In this document: piece after piece, positions 44,897 to 54,504 of the stretch
Position numbering within the stretch: the stretch's first letter is position 1
Layout of the letters: each line of letters opens with the position of its first letter
NCBI GenBank assembly: GCA_964540815.1
Contig: CAZIOH010000007.1
Span: 43,867 to 107,866 of the forward strand
Source of the DNA: an uncultured Myxococcales bacterium
GTDB lineage: Bacteria > Myxococcota_A > Polyangia > Fen-1088
Length of the DNA stretch: 64,000 nt
Reading direction: 5' to 3'
The notes under the pieces: model-generated
Databases searched by the model: none
Seen by the model: the letters and a program-made list of their open reading frames with translations, nothing else
What the model was told of the DNA's origin: nothing
Made by a program: the position numbers and the translations under genes

Positions 44897-45946
44897 CGAA
44901 GCAACTGACCCGGACGTGGGACGGTACGGAATCTCGCCCTACCCCGGCCCACAGGACACCATCAAGATGGGGACCCACCAGAGCAAAATGGATACCAGCG
45001 CAACCATGGGTTGAGCGATGAGTGCGCGTGCCGCCGACAAGACGTCAGCGACAAATCCGGTCGGCGCTGGCTTGGAATCGGGAATCGCTTCGTCGAAGCT
45101 CATGTCGTCACCCCTCTCACTCTACTCGTCCAGGGCAAAGGGAGGTGAGCTCACCGCGCCACTACCCTCCGACGGGGCGCCGCCTTGCCGTCCTCCGTCA
45201 TGACGTCGAGGACCAACCCATCGGCGATCTCCACTTCGCGCGTCGCCTCTCCGCTGTCGCTTCGTGGTCACGCACGCGGGCAGCACGGCCTGCGCGGGCC
45301 GGCGTCTTGGACCCTGCCCGCGGATTGGGAAGGGCCCTTCGGACGGACGATCTAGTGCTGAACGTCGCTCGCCATCGCAGCAGGCTGGAGGCGTCGGACT
45401 CGGCGGGGGCGGGGCTGGCGCCGCCAGCGCTTTTAGGGGTGTTCGCGAGACCTCCACCGTCGGACCGCCGGTCGCGCTGTCGACCTCGCCCATAATCGAA
45501 CAGGAGGGGTAGTAGTGACTTGCGTGTCGGCCAAACGAGCGCGGACGATCAGGCGCTGGCCATGGTGCCTTTCTAAGAAGGGCGGAACGCTCCTGTCGGA
45601 AGGGCAGGTCTCTCAGGCCTCTCTGGCATTCGAAGAAGGCGAAAGACTGGATCCGAGCGGCGGAACGATCCCGTAGTGTCCCGAGAGCCATCGCCGCCGT
45701 TCACCCCGCCTCGCGGTGGTAGTAGTTCAAGAGGCTGCCGAGATCCGCGCGCTGCTCGTCATTGTGAGCATGACCTCCTTCAGAACCCGAACCTCTTCCT
45801 GCACATAGGCGAGCTTCCGCTGGATCCGCTTCCCGGAAGATGTGGCGGGCAATCGTTCCGCCGTGATGGGCCACCTCATCGCCTGGCGGGAGGCTCGACA
45901 TCTCGGCCCCGTTACGCCGATCTGCCTGCGTGGGCGGACCAGTCGA

Positions 45947-46732
45947 TCACTTGAAGAACGCAATGTCATCGATCCAGACGTCGAAGACGGGCGCCGCCGC
46001 GGGGATGCCGAACTCGACATTGGTCACATTGGCCACGTCGAGCGTGGGCCGCGGCAGACCAAAGCTGCGTTGCCCGAGCTGGCCGAAGTTAAAGGTGAAG
46101 CGCTGCCAGGCCGCGGTCAGCGTCAATGTGCTCCCGAAGTCGTCGTAGCACGCGGTGGGACCAGAGGTGAGGGTCTTGTCGCAGTGACCGCCGGCTGGGT
46201 TGGAGTACTGATCGCCGATGCCGAAGCGGACCGAACCGACGGACGTCTCGCCCTTGCGGGCCCAGAAGGTGATCCCCCGCGCGGCCGTGGCGTCATACGG
46301 CGTATCGACGTATTCGCCGCCAATCATGGCGACCCTGAAGCTGAAGCCGAAACCCGAGCCCCAGTCCGAAAAGCCGCTGCCGGTGACCCGCATCGCGCGC
46401 TTGCTGGTTCCGCAGCGCGGCTCGGGGATTGGCTCCATCGGAAACATCGTCTCGGGCGCCGGGTTGAGCGTTCCCGCGGTCATATCGTCATACGTGTACC
46501 AGATGGACACCCGACCATCCTTTGCCAGGATGAACTGATCGCCGTCCTCCATGTCGTCGATGTAGTCGAGCAGGCCAGGGTCGGGGACGGAACACAGCGG
46601 ATCGAGCTTCACCTCGGTGCTCGAGCCACCCCCGCATCCGCCCAAGGCCGTCGCAACCAGCACCGCGCCCACGGGAAACCAGAACCAAGGCAATGAAGTG
46701 GGCGACGGTGATGACGTATGTCCATGCATGGC
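45947..46732 (-). CDS. Lipoprotein with CBM-like beta-sandwich domain (paralog family with 56477..57337)
   Basis: Lipobox ATALGGCGG. Conserved GGHCDKTLTSGPTACYDDF and C-terminal PVFDVWIDDIAFFK (compare GGRCDPTATDNPRTACYDSF and LTFDIWIDDLYFVPR). Confidence 0.6.
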   Translation of the reverse strand, partial: AMHGHTSSPSPTSLPWFWFPVGAVLVATALGGCGGGSSTEVKLDPLCSVPDPGLLDYIDDMEDGDQFILAKDGRVSIWYTYDDMTAGTLNPAPETMFPMEPIPEPRCGTSKRAMRVTGSGFSDWGSGFGFSFRVAMIGGEYVDTPYDATAARGITFWARKGETSVGSVRFGIGDQYSNPAGGHCDKTLTSGPTACYDDFGSTLTLTAAWQRFTFNFGQLGQRSFGLPRPTLDVANVTNVEFGIPAAAPVFDVWIDDIAFFK

Positions 46733-46855
46733 GTTCCTCGCGGGTTGGTGAGTGTCTTTCCCAGCTGCTTCTTCGCGCACGGCGCGGGCGTCGGCGGCCG
46801 GCGCAATGGAATCATTCTCACTGCTTCTGGTTCACATCAGAGCGCTCGAGCCGGG

Positions 46856-48217
46856 TCAGGCGAAGCCCGACAGCGGCCCGGTGCACCATTCGGCCTTCCC
46901 GAAGGTCGTCGCCGGAATGTCCATGGCCTGCAGGATCGAGACCAGCAGGTTGTTGTGAGGGGGATCGCCGGTGAACGATAGAAAGCGACCGGTGCGCACG
47001 GCACCCCCGGCCTGACCGGCGAGCACGTAAGGGGCCAGCTTGCGGCTGTGGTTGTTTCCCTTGCCGAGCTCGTTGCACCAGAAGACCAGCGACGCGTCCA
47101 GGAGCCGGCTGCCGTCGACCTCCTGCGCGCCGGCCAGCTTGCCGACCAGGGCGGCGAAGCGCTCGGCATACCAGTGGTTGATGCGGGTCAGCTTGTCGAC
47201 CGCCTGCGCGTCGTCGTCGGGCAGGTGTGACAGATCGTGGTGAACGTCCGTGATCGGTTGCGGAAGCCAGGTGAAGCGGGTCTGCGACACCGAGCGCGAC
47301 CATTGCAGCGACGCCACGCGCGTCAGGTCGCACGCGAGCGCAACCACCAGCAGATCGATCTGCAGATCTCCGATTGCTGGAAAGTCGTCATTCGTGCCCC
47401 CGCCCCCGGCGGGCAAGGAGGGCGCGCCGGGATCGCGGCAGGACGGACTCGGCACGGCGAGTGAGTCGAGGCGCGTCTCGATGTCGCGAACGATGGTGGC
47501 ATGCGCGTCCAGGCGCACCCGATCGGCCGCTCCGACCCGCGCCCTGACCGCTTGAAACTGGCCGAGCACGGCGTCGAGGACGCTCCTCCGTCGTGCACGC
47601 AGGCGCGCCAGGTCCTCGGCCGAGGCCCCCCCCGCCGCGCCAAACAGCCGGGCATACGCCCGCTCGGGGCTCTCTTCGGGCGGGACCGGCTGATCGGGAC
47701 CAACGTAGCTCATGCGACCCCAGTTGTCCGCGGCCCCAACCTGAACTCCCAGCTCCAAGGAACGCAGACGGGTCCCGGACCCGAGCGTCGCCGCCACCTG
47801 CTGATCGACCGAGATTCCGTTGGCCCAACCCGAGGCGCCCGCGCTCGCTCCCCCCTGGAACGGGCCCGGATTGAGGCTCTGGCCGGTCAGCATGCCGCCG
47901 ATCCCGTTCTGGTGACCGTCGCCGCCGCCGCCCTGCTGAAAGAGGCCCGAGACCACCAGCAGGTCGGCTTGAAGAGCGCCGAGGGGATCGAGGATCGGCG
48001 CCAGCGCGAAGTCGGTCTCGGTACCCGAGGGAACCCAGTTCGGGAAGATGGTGCCGTTCGGGGTGAAGACCACCACGAATCGCTTGGGAATCACGGTCGC
48101 GGCCCGCGCGTGGCCGGGGTCCATCGCCTCGAGCAAGGGGAGCGTGAAGGCGGCGCCCGCCGTGCGCAGAACCGCGCGGCGGGAAAGGAGCGGACGACCT
48201 GTCTTGATGACGATCAT
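46856..48217 (-). CDS. DUF1552-family protein with Tat signal (second copy)
   Basis: MIVIKTGRPLLSRRAVLRTAGAAFTLPLLEA. Homologous throughout to 17233..18816. ATG overlaps the upstream stop (48214-48217). Confidence 0.8.
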   Translation of the reverse strand: MIVIKTGRPLLSRRAVLRTAGAAFTLPLLEAMDPGHARAATVIPKRFVVVFTPNGTIFPNWVPSGTETDFALAPILDPLGALQADLLVVSGLFQQGGGGDGHQNGIGGMLTGQSLNPGPFQGGASAGASGWANGISVDQQVAATLGSGTRLRSLELGVQVGAADNWGRMSYVGPDQPVPPEESPERAYARLFGAAGGASAEDLARLRARRRSVLDAVLGQFQAVRARVGAADRVRLDAHATIVRDIETRLDSLAVPSPSCRDPGAPSLPAGGGGTNDDFPAIGDLQIDLLVVALACDLTRVASLQWSRSVSQTRFTWLPQPITDVHHDLSHLPDDDAQAVDKLTRINHWYAERFAALVGKLAGAQEVDGSRLLDASLVFWCNELGKGNNHSRKLAPYVLAGQAGGAVRTGRFLSFTGDPPHNNLLVSILQAMDIPATTFGKAEWCTGPLSGFA

Positions 48218-49893
48218 GGCGCGATGACCTCCGGGGCTCGTCGATATCGAAAGGCGTCGGTCTGGGTCAGGGCGACCATCAGCTCGCGAACGTCGCCACC
48301 CTTGGCGGAGGCGGCGTCCATCAACGCTCCGAGCGTGCAGGAGTCAGCGGCGGTCTCGGCGCGGCCGTAGCCGAAACGGAACCACTGCGTGACGTAGCAG
48401 CGCTGAACTTCCGGGCTGGCCGCCAGGCGGTCGGCGAGCTCGACCGCGCCGTCGAACGGCCCGTCCGAGTCGGTGCCGGTCAAGGCGCCGTGGGCGTCGA
48501 TGGTCAGCCCCGACTCGGTTGTTCGCCAATGGCCGAGGCCGTCGTAGTGCTCGAACCCGAAGCCGATCGGATCCAGCATGGTGTGACAGGTGGCGCAGAA
48601 CGGGTCGGCGGTGTGCGCGGCGAATCGCTGGCGGGTCGTCTGGCGCGGATCGAGGGCGGGGGGCCGAATCTCGACGTTGCTCGGCGGCGGCGGTGGCGTC
48701 GTGCAAAAGAGCTGCTCGCGAACGAACCGTCCTCGGTGGACCGGCGAGCTCTGATTTGCCTTCGCGTAGACCGCCAAGATGGATGCCTGGGTGAGGAGGC
48801 CGGCCCGGTTGGTGGACCCGAGGCCCACCTGGACCAGGTCGCCGCCGCCGGGGTAGGCCACGCCATAGAAGTCCGCCAGGGTGCTGTCCACGAAGGTGTA
48901 TCGCGCCGACAGCAACGCCGAAAGCGTCCCCTCGTGGTTCCAGATGACCTCGTCGATGAATCGCGCAGTCTCGGCTCGAAACGCATCCCGCAGCGAAGGC
49001 GAATACGCGGGATAGACCACGCGATCCTTGTCCAGCTGATCGAGGCGATCGAGGCCCAGCCAGCCGGCGTGAAACGCCGCCGTGACCTCGTGGGCGCGCG
49101 CGTCGCCGAGCAACCTTCGCGCCTCCCGCTCGAGATCCTCAGGAAGCGTCAGTCGGTCCTCGGCGGCCGCCGCCAGCAGGGCGTCGTCGGGCGTCGAGCC
49201 CCACATGAGATACGACAGGCGCGTCGCCAACTCGTGGGACGAGAGCGGAACCGCACCCGGGAGATCGGAGGCTGCGCCATTGCCGAGCTCGATCCGGTAC
49301 AGGAACTGCGGACTCTCGAACAGGACCTGGACCACACGCCCGATCCCCTCGGTGAAGCCACCGTCGTTCTGCCCGGCGACAAAGACGGTCTGGAGCGCCG
49401 CGGTCTCATCCGATTCCAACGGACGGCGCCAGACGCGACCACCGAAGGCACCAATGAAGCTGTCGGCACATCGGCTGTCCGGGGAGGTCGTCGCGCACGG
49501 AAGAAACCGACCGAGGTCCTGGAGCATCACCGACGATGCCTGCTCCGCGAGAGCCACCGTTTGCTCCACCAGGAGATCGCTGGTTCCGAGGACGTCGGCG
49601 TTGTTGTCGAAGCCGAGCGCCTGCTCGTCGGGGGGAAGTCCCGATGTGTCGACCAGCCCCGGCCCCAGGAGATCGCGGAGCGTTCGCCCGTACTCCGCGC
49701 GCGTCAGTCGGCGCAGCGGCGACGGACCCGAGTCGCGCGATGCGCAGAGCGGGGCCGCGCGTCCGCCAACGCGCGGTGGGGGCGAGTCGGCGTGGCTCCG
49801 GCAGCCAGTCCATGTCGCCGTGACCAGTCCCGCGAGGCCGAGCAACGACACACACGACCTCACGTGGGGTGTCTGGATGGCCATCGTCGTCAT
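48214..49893 (-). CDS. DUF1592/DUF1588-family lipoprotein with CxxCH motif (second copy)
   Basis: GGGAGG Shine-Dalgarno before ATG 49893. Lipobox TATWTGC. ...DPFCATCHTMLDPIGFGFEHYD. Homologous to 18813..20672. Confidence 0.75.
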   Translation of the reverse strand: MTTMAIQTPHVRSCVSLLGLAGLVTATWTGCRSHADSPPPRVGGRAAPLCASRDSGPSPLRRLTRAEYGRTLRDLLGPGLVDTSGLPPDEQALGFDNNADVLGTSDLLVEQTVALAEQASSVMLQDLGRFLPCATTSPDSRCADSFIGAFGGRVWRRPLESDETAALQTVFVAGQNDGGFTEGIGRVVQVLFESPQFLYRIELGNGAASDLPGAVPLSSHELATRLSYLMWGSTPDDALLAAAAEDRLTLPEDLEREARRLLGDARAHEVTAAFHAGWLGLDRLDQLDKDRVVYPAYSPSLRDAFRAETARFIDEVIWNHEGTLSALLSARYTFVDSTLADFYGVAYPGGGDLVQVGLGSTNRAGLLTQASILAVYAKANQSSPVHRGRFVREQLFCTTPPPPPSNVEIRPPALDPRQTTRQRFAAHTADPFCATCHTMLDPIGFGFEHYDGLGHWRTTESGLTIDAHGALTGTDSDGPFDGAVELADRLAASPEVQRCYVTQWFRFGYGRAETAADSCTLGALMDAASAKGGDVRELMVALTQTDAFRYRRAPEVIAP

Positions 49894-50235
49894 GTCCCGA
49901 TCCTCCCTTCCCGCGTCGTTCGCTCCTGCGGTCGTATCCGACGCGGCGACCCGCGGTGCCAAGGAAGGAGAGCAACAGCCGTGCCGGACGGATTCGGTCC
50001 CGGAAGGGTGATCCACCGCGGCGTAGTCGCAGGATTGCGGCGCGAAGCCATGGATCCGGACGTCCGCGCGACGTCCAGCGGACGTACGCGGCGATCCCTC
50101 GGGTGTGGGGAGTCCATCGATCTCGGCATAGGGGAAAGGGTCTGCGCGGGAACACCTCCGAGCACCGTTGCAAAATGTGGCTCCTTCCGTCCAATTCCGC
50201 GGATCCCGCAGGCGTGATATGGATCGTCTGTTGCC

Positions 50236-51660
50236 ATGGGCTCAGATGTGGGGAACACGACGGTTGCGGCAACGAGCGGCGAGGCGCGAGGCATCACGGC
50301 GCCGGATCTGGCGCTGGTGTGGCTCTTTCCCCGACCATCCGAATCGGCGGTGAGTCTCCGCTGGGAGGGACCGGAGGAACGGGTCATCGGCCGGGAAGAG
50401 GGATGTGCGATTCGCCTGCTCGGGAGCGACGTCTCCCGCCGCCACGCCACGCTGCGAAGGACCGGGCCTGAGTTCGGCACCGAGCTCGTGGATCTCGGCA
50501 GCCGCAACGGCATCCACGTCAACGGCTGCCAGGTATCGGCCGCGTATCTCAAGGGCGGGGACGTCGTTCGCCTGGGGGGCTGGATCGGCGTGGTGACGGA
50601 TACGCCGGGAGTCTTCAAGGAGATCGCGCCCGGGTTGCTGGGAGGGGCGGCGCTCCAGGCCGCGCTCGCTCCCTTCGGGCGCGCGGCGGCGAGCGATCTG
50701 CCCATCGTCATCGAGGGCGAGACTGGCACCGGCAAGGAGGTCGTCGCGCGCGGTATCCACCAATGGAGCGGGCGGGCGGGACCCTTCGTCGGGGTCAACT
50801 GCGCCGCCCTACCAGAGGCCCTCGCCGAGGGTGAGCTGTTCGGGTACCGGCGTGGCGCCTTCACGGGCGCGGACAAGGCGAGCCCAGGATTTTTTCGCAG
50901 CGCCGACCGCGGGACGTTGTTGCTCGACGAGGTGACGGATCTCCCTGCGGCCCTGCAAGCAAAACTGTTGCGCGTGCTCGAGGAGCGCGAGGTCCAGCCC
51001 CTTGGAGAGGCGCGGCCGGTCCCGATCGACGTCCGCGTCGTGGCGGCCGGCCAGGTCTCGCTGCTTGAAGCGTCCCGCCAGGGTCGTTTCCGACCCGATC
51101 TGCTGGCCCGACTCGACGGCGTCACGGTCAAGCTGCCTCCGTTGCGCAGCCGGCGCGAGGACGTGCCGCCGTTGTTTTCACATTTCCTGGCGGAGCTGGG
51201 TCAAGGCCATGCGCCCGCCGTGGATGGTGACCTCGTCGAGCGGCTGTGTCTGCACGACTGGCCTTTCAATGTTCGCGAACTGCTCCTGCTGGCTCGCCGC
51301 CTGGTGGTGCTGCACGGCGGGGAATCCACCCTCCGGGCACTCCACCTGCCGGATCGAATGAGCGGGCGGCCCGGGCCACGGACTCCGACCGATGGCGTCC
51401 AGGCGAAGTCCTCGCCCGCCAGCCCGCCGGCGGCGGCCGCATCCACGGCTCCCGCCGAGCCCGTGGAGCTTCCGGCGCTCGTCACCGCCCTGCGCGCGTC
51501 GAGCGGGAACGTCGCCCGCGCGGCGGCAATGCTCGGCATCACGCGACAGCGGGCGTATCGACTGATGGACGGTAAGGCCATCGATCTCGAGGGGCTGCGC
51601 GGTCAAGAGCCAGCGCCCGAACACGGTCAAGGGCAAGAACCGAAGGCGGGTGGGCGATGA
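50236..51660 (+). CDS. Sigma-54-dependent transcriptional activator with N-terminal FHA domain (FHA, AAA+ sigma54-interaction, Fis-type HTH)
   Basis: FHA core RVIGREEGCAIRLLGSDVSRRHATL...GSRNGIHVNG. Walker A GETGTGKE. GAFTGA motif. C-terminal HTH ARAAAMLGITRQRAYRLM. Confidence 0.85.
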   Translation: MGSDVGNTTVAATSGEARGITAPDLALVWLFPRPSESAVSLRWEGPEERVIGREEGCAIRLLGSDVSRRHATLRRTGPEFGTELVDLGSRNGIHVNGCQVSAAYLKGGDVVRLGGWIGVVTDTPGVFKEIAPGLLGGAALQAALAPFGRAAASDLPIVIEGETGTGKEVVARGIHQWSGRAGPFVGVNCAALPEALAEGELFGYRRGAFTGADKASPGFFRSADRGTLLLDEVTDLPAALQAKLLRVLEEREVQPLGEARPVPIDVRVVAAGQVSLLEASRQGRFRPDLLARLDGVTVKLPPLRSRREDVPPLFSHFLAELGQGHAPAVDGDLVERLCLHDWPFNVRELLLLARRLVVLHGGESTLRALHLPDRMSGRPGPRTPTDGVQAKSSPASPPAAAASTAPAEPVELPALVTALRASSGNVARAAAMLGITRQRAYRLMDGKAIDLEGLRGQEPAPEHGQGQEPKAGGR

Positions 51661-54503
51661 ATGCCATGCCCCAGACCACGCGGGTCGGCGAGTTCATCGG
51701 GGGCAAGTACCGCATCGTGCGCGTGCTCGCCGAGGGCGGCATGGGGGTCGTCTACGAGGCCCAGCACGCGGTGGTCAAGCGCCGCTTCGCGGTCAAGTTC
51801 CTGCGCCCCGATCTGGCCCACCAGCGTGGCCTTCTGAGCCGCTTTTACCGTGAGGCCCAGGCCGCCGGCGCGCTCGAGAGCGAGAACATCGCCGCCACCA
51901 TCGACTTCGGCATCCTGAGCGACGGCACGCCCTACATCGTCATGGAGTACCTGACCGGTGAGAGCCTGCGTGCGCTGCTCGAGCGCGAAGGCCGCCTGGC
52001 GCCCGCGCGGGCGGCCGACCTCTGTGTGCAGGCCTGTCGCGGGATGGAGGCGGCGCACGCGTCGGGCATCATCCACCGCGATCTCAAACCCGAGAACCTG
52101 TTCCTGTGCCGGCGCGACGATGGAACCGACCTGCTCAAGATCCTCGATTTCGGCATCGCGAAGCTCGAGCAGATCGAGACCAACAACGCCGCCACGCGCA
52201 CCGGAGCGATCTTGGGAACCCCCGCGTACATGTCCCCCGAGCAGGCCCGGGGCGAAAAGACCATCGATCACCGGACCGACGTCTACGGCCTGGCCGGGAT
52301 CCTGTTCGAGATGCTCTCGGGAAAGCATCCGCATCCAGGCGATTCGCACAATGCGATCTTGCACCACATCTCGACGCAGCCGGCGGTGCCGCTTCATTCC
52401 GTGCAACCCGACCTCCCCGCTCCGCTGGCGACTGCCGTCGAGCACGCCCTGGCATCGGATCCGGCGAATCGACATGCGTCGGTCGAGGCCTTCACGCGGG
52501 AGATCGCCCCGTTCGCGCGACGACAGGTGTGGCCACCCGCGAAGGACACCGGCGGGGCTTCAGGTGTGAGCGTCACCTCGTCGACTCCCGGTGTGCGGCC
52601 GGCAAGCGGGGTGGCGCCAGGCGGCGTGGCCCAGGCTTCCACCGGACCGCTCGACCGAGGCGGGTCAGCGGTCATCGCAGGCCCAAGGCCGCGTCCACCG
52701 CTGCGGCTGCGGCCGGTCATGGTCGGTGCTGGACTTCTGGCCGCGGTGGTCGCGACGGCGATCGGGATCAGCCTGCGCCTCCACCGCCGGCCGGATCCGG
52801 GGAAGACCGCGGACGGGGCCGGGGGCAAGGAGACGGTTCGAACCTCGCACGATCGGGTGCAGCGGACCGTGGGCGATCGGACGCTGCCCAAGGAGGCCCG
52901 ATTCTTCGTGCCCGCCACGATGCCCGGCGCCGTTCAGCAAATCGCGACCTTGATCAAGCAGAAGGCGTTCCTGGACGCCGCCCCGCTCACGGCGATGCAG
53001 GCGACGCCGCAAGGCATATGGCTGGCCGGCGGAACGCCCGACGAGGTCCGGGCCGCCGTAGGAAACGTCATCGTTCGCGCCGCGCCCGACCAGCGGGTTC
53101 CGGTCCTGGTGGCGAACAACATCCCATTCCGCGACTGCGCGCAGTACTCCGCCGGTGGCGCGACGAATGCCGCTGAGTACAAGGCGTGGATCGACGGGTT
53201 CGCAAGCGGGATAGGCAATGGCCGGGCGGTGGTCATCCTCGAGCCCGATAGCCTGGGCATCATTCCCTATAACACCACGATCTCCGGCGAGTCCGACTGG
53301 TGCAAACCGACGATCGCGGACGCGCAGGGCCGGACGATCCCGGCGCCGGGAGCCACGCCCAGCGAGCGCTACGCCCTGATCAATGACGCGGTGGACAGCA
53401 TCGTCGCCAGGGCGCCGAACGCATCCGTGTACCTGGATGGCACGCACGCCGGTTGGCTGAGCGTGGGGGAGATTGCGAGCCACCTGGTCAAGGCCGGAGT
53501 CCGTCGTGCGCAAGGATTCTTCGTCAACGTGGCGAACTTTCAGCCCACGCCGCAGTCGATTGAATATGCGACCTGGATTTCGAAGTGCATTCACTACGCC
53601 AGCAACCCGGCGGAACGGGGCCGCCGGTTGGGGCGGTACGGCGACTGCGCTAGCCAATATGGGCCCACGGGCCCGAAGCCCTACGACGAGTGGGCCGAGA
53701 CCGAGAAGTGGTACGTCGACAACGTCGACCGGGCGCCCAACCCGCCATCCGGGCCATCGGCGCTGACCCACTTCGTGATCGACACCAGCCGGAATGGCCG
53801 CGGCCCGATGGATGCCGCTCGCTTCGCTGCGGCTCCGTATGACCAACCGGCGGACGTCATCAAGGGTCTGGCGAGCGGCAACTGGTGTAACCCGCCGGAC
53901 ACCGGTCTCGGGTTGCGTCCCACGGCGAATACCGGCGTCGCGCTCGTCGACGCATATCTGTGGGTGAAGGTCCCAGGTGGCTCCGACGGATCGTGCGACA
54001 TCGCGGGTGGAGCTCGCGCATGGGACTACGCCCGGTACAACCCCTGGGGCATGGAGGGGGATGCGCAGAAACACTTCGATCCGCTGTGGGGAGCGGTCGA
54101 TCCCGGCGCCGGCGAGTGGCTGGCCGAGTATGCCTTGCAACTGGCGCGGAACGCGAACCCACCCCTGCAGGCTCCCGGGCCGATCACCGTCCTGCAGGCC
54201 CCGAGGGGCGGCAGCGAGGTCGACCAGGGCGGCCATCGCCGCGAGGTCCGCGCACGCCAGACTCGCTCCTCCTCGGCTTCCGACACGCGCGGCTTGGAGC
54301 CACCGACTGGCGGCGCCCCCGGTATCCTTGCGCAGGCCCCGTCCGGACGTCCAGCCGGACGTCCGGACGGACGTGCCGAAGGGCATCCGGCACTCCCCGC
54401 CGCGCTCACGGAAACCCCTGAGCACGCGCCGACGACGGCCCGTGTGCCCGAGCCGCGCGCACCCCGGATCACCTTCGACCCGAACAACCCGTACGGTGAC
54501 TGA
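51657..54503 (+). CDS. Membrane Ser/Thr protein kinase with extracellular glycoside hydrolase family 6 (GH6)-like domain
   Basis: Kinase motifs (GGMGVVYEA, HRDLKPENLFL, DFGIAKL, GTPAYMSPE). TM VMVGAGLLAAVVATAIGISL. GH6 signatures VLVANNIPFRDCAQYSAGGA and VVILEPDSLGI. ATGA overlap with the activator gene. Confidence 0.8.
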   Translation: MNAMPQTTRVGEFIGGKYRIVRVLAEGGMGVVYEAQHAVVKRRFAVKFLRPDLAHQRGLLSRFYREAQAAGALESENIAATIDFGILSDGTPYIVMEYLTGESLRALLEREGRLAPARAADLCVQACRGMEAAHASGIIHRDLKPENLFLCRRDDGTDLLKILDFGIAKLEQIETNNAATRTGAILGTPAYMSPEQARGEKTIDHRTDVYGLAGILFEMLSGKHPHPGDSHNAILHHISTQPAVPLHSVQPDLPAPLATAVEHALASDPANRHASVEAFTREIAPFARRQVWPPAKDTGGASGVSVTSSTPGVRPASGVAPGGVAQASTGPLDRGGSAVIAGPRPRPPLRLRPVMVGAGLLAAVVATAIGISLRLHRRPDPGKTADGAGGKETVRTSHDRVQRTVGDRTLPKEARFFVPATMPGAVQQIATLIKQKAFLDAAPLTAMQATPQGIWLAGGTPDEVRAAVGNVIVRAAPDQRVPVLVANNIPFRDCAQYSAGGATNAAEYKAWIDGFASGIGNGRAVVILEPDSLGIIPYNTTISGESDWCKPTIADAQGRTIPAPGATPSERYALINDAVDSIVARAPNASVYLDGTHAGWLSVGEIASHLVKAGVRRAQGFFVNVANFQPTPQSIEYATWISKCIHYASNPAERGRRLGRYGDCASQYGPTGPKPYDEWAETEKWYVDNVDRAPNPPSGPSALTHFVIDTSRNGRGPMDAARFAAAPYDQPADVIKGLASGNWCNPPDTGLGLRPTANTGVALVDAYLWVKVPGGSDGSCDIAGGARAWDYARYNPWGMEGDAQKHFDPLWGAVDPGAGEWLAEYALQLARNANPPLQAPGPITVLQAPRGGSEVDQGGHRREVRARQTRSSSASDTRGLEPPTGGAPGILAQAPSGRPAGRPDGRAEGHPALPAALTETPEHAPTTARVPEPRAPRITFDPNNPYGD

Positions 54504-54504
54504 C

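Noticed and set aside
50017-50235. Candidate sigma54 (-24/-12) promoter in the activator/DUF1592 divergent region (gagcaccgttgcaaaatgtggctcc)
   Set aside because: Spacing and the GG/GC elements do not fit TGGCAC-N5-TTGC on either strand. By-eye scan only; needs a proper matrix search.
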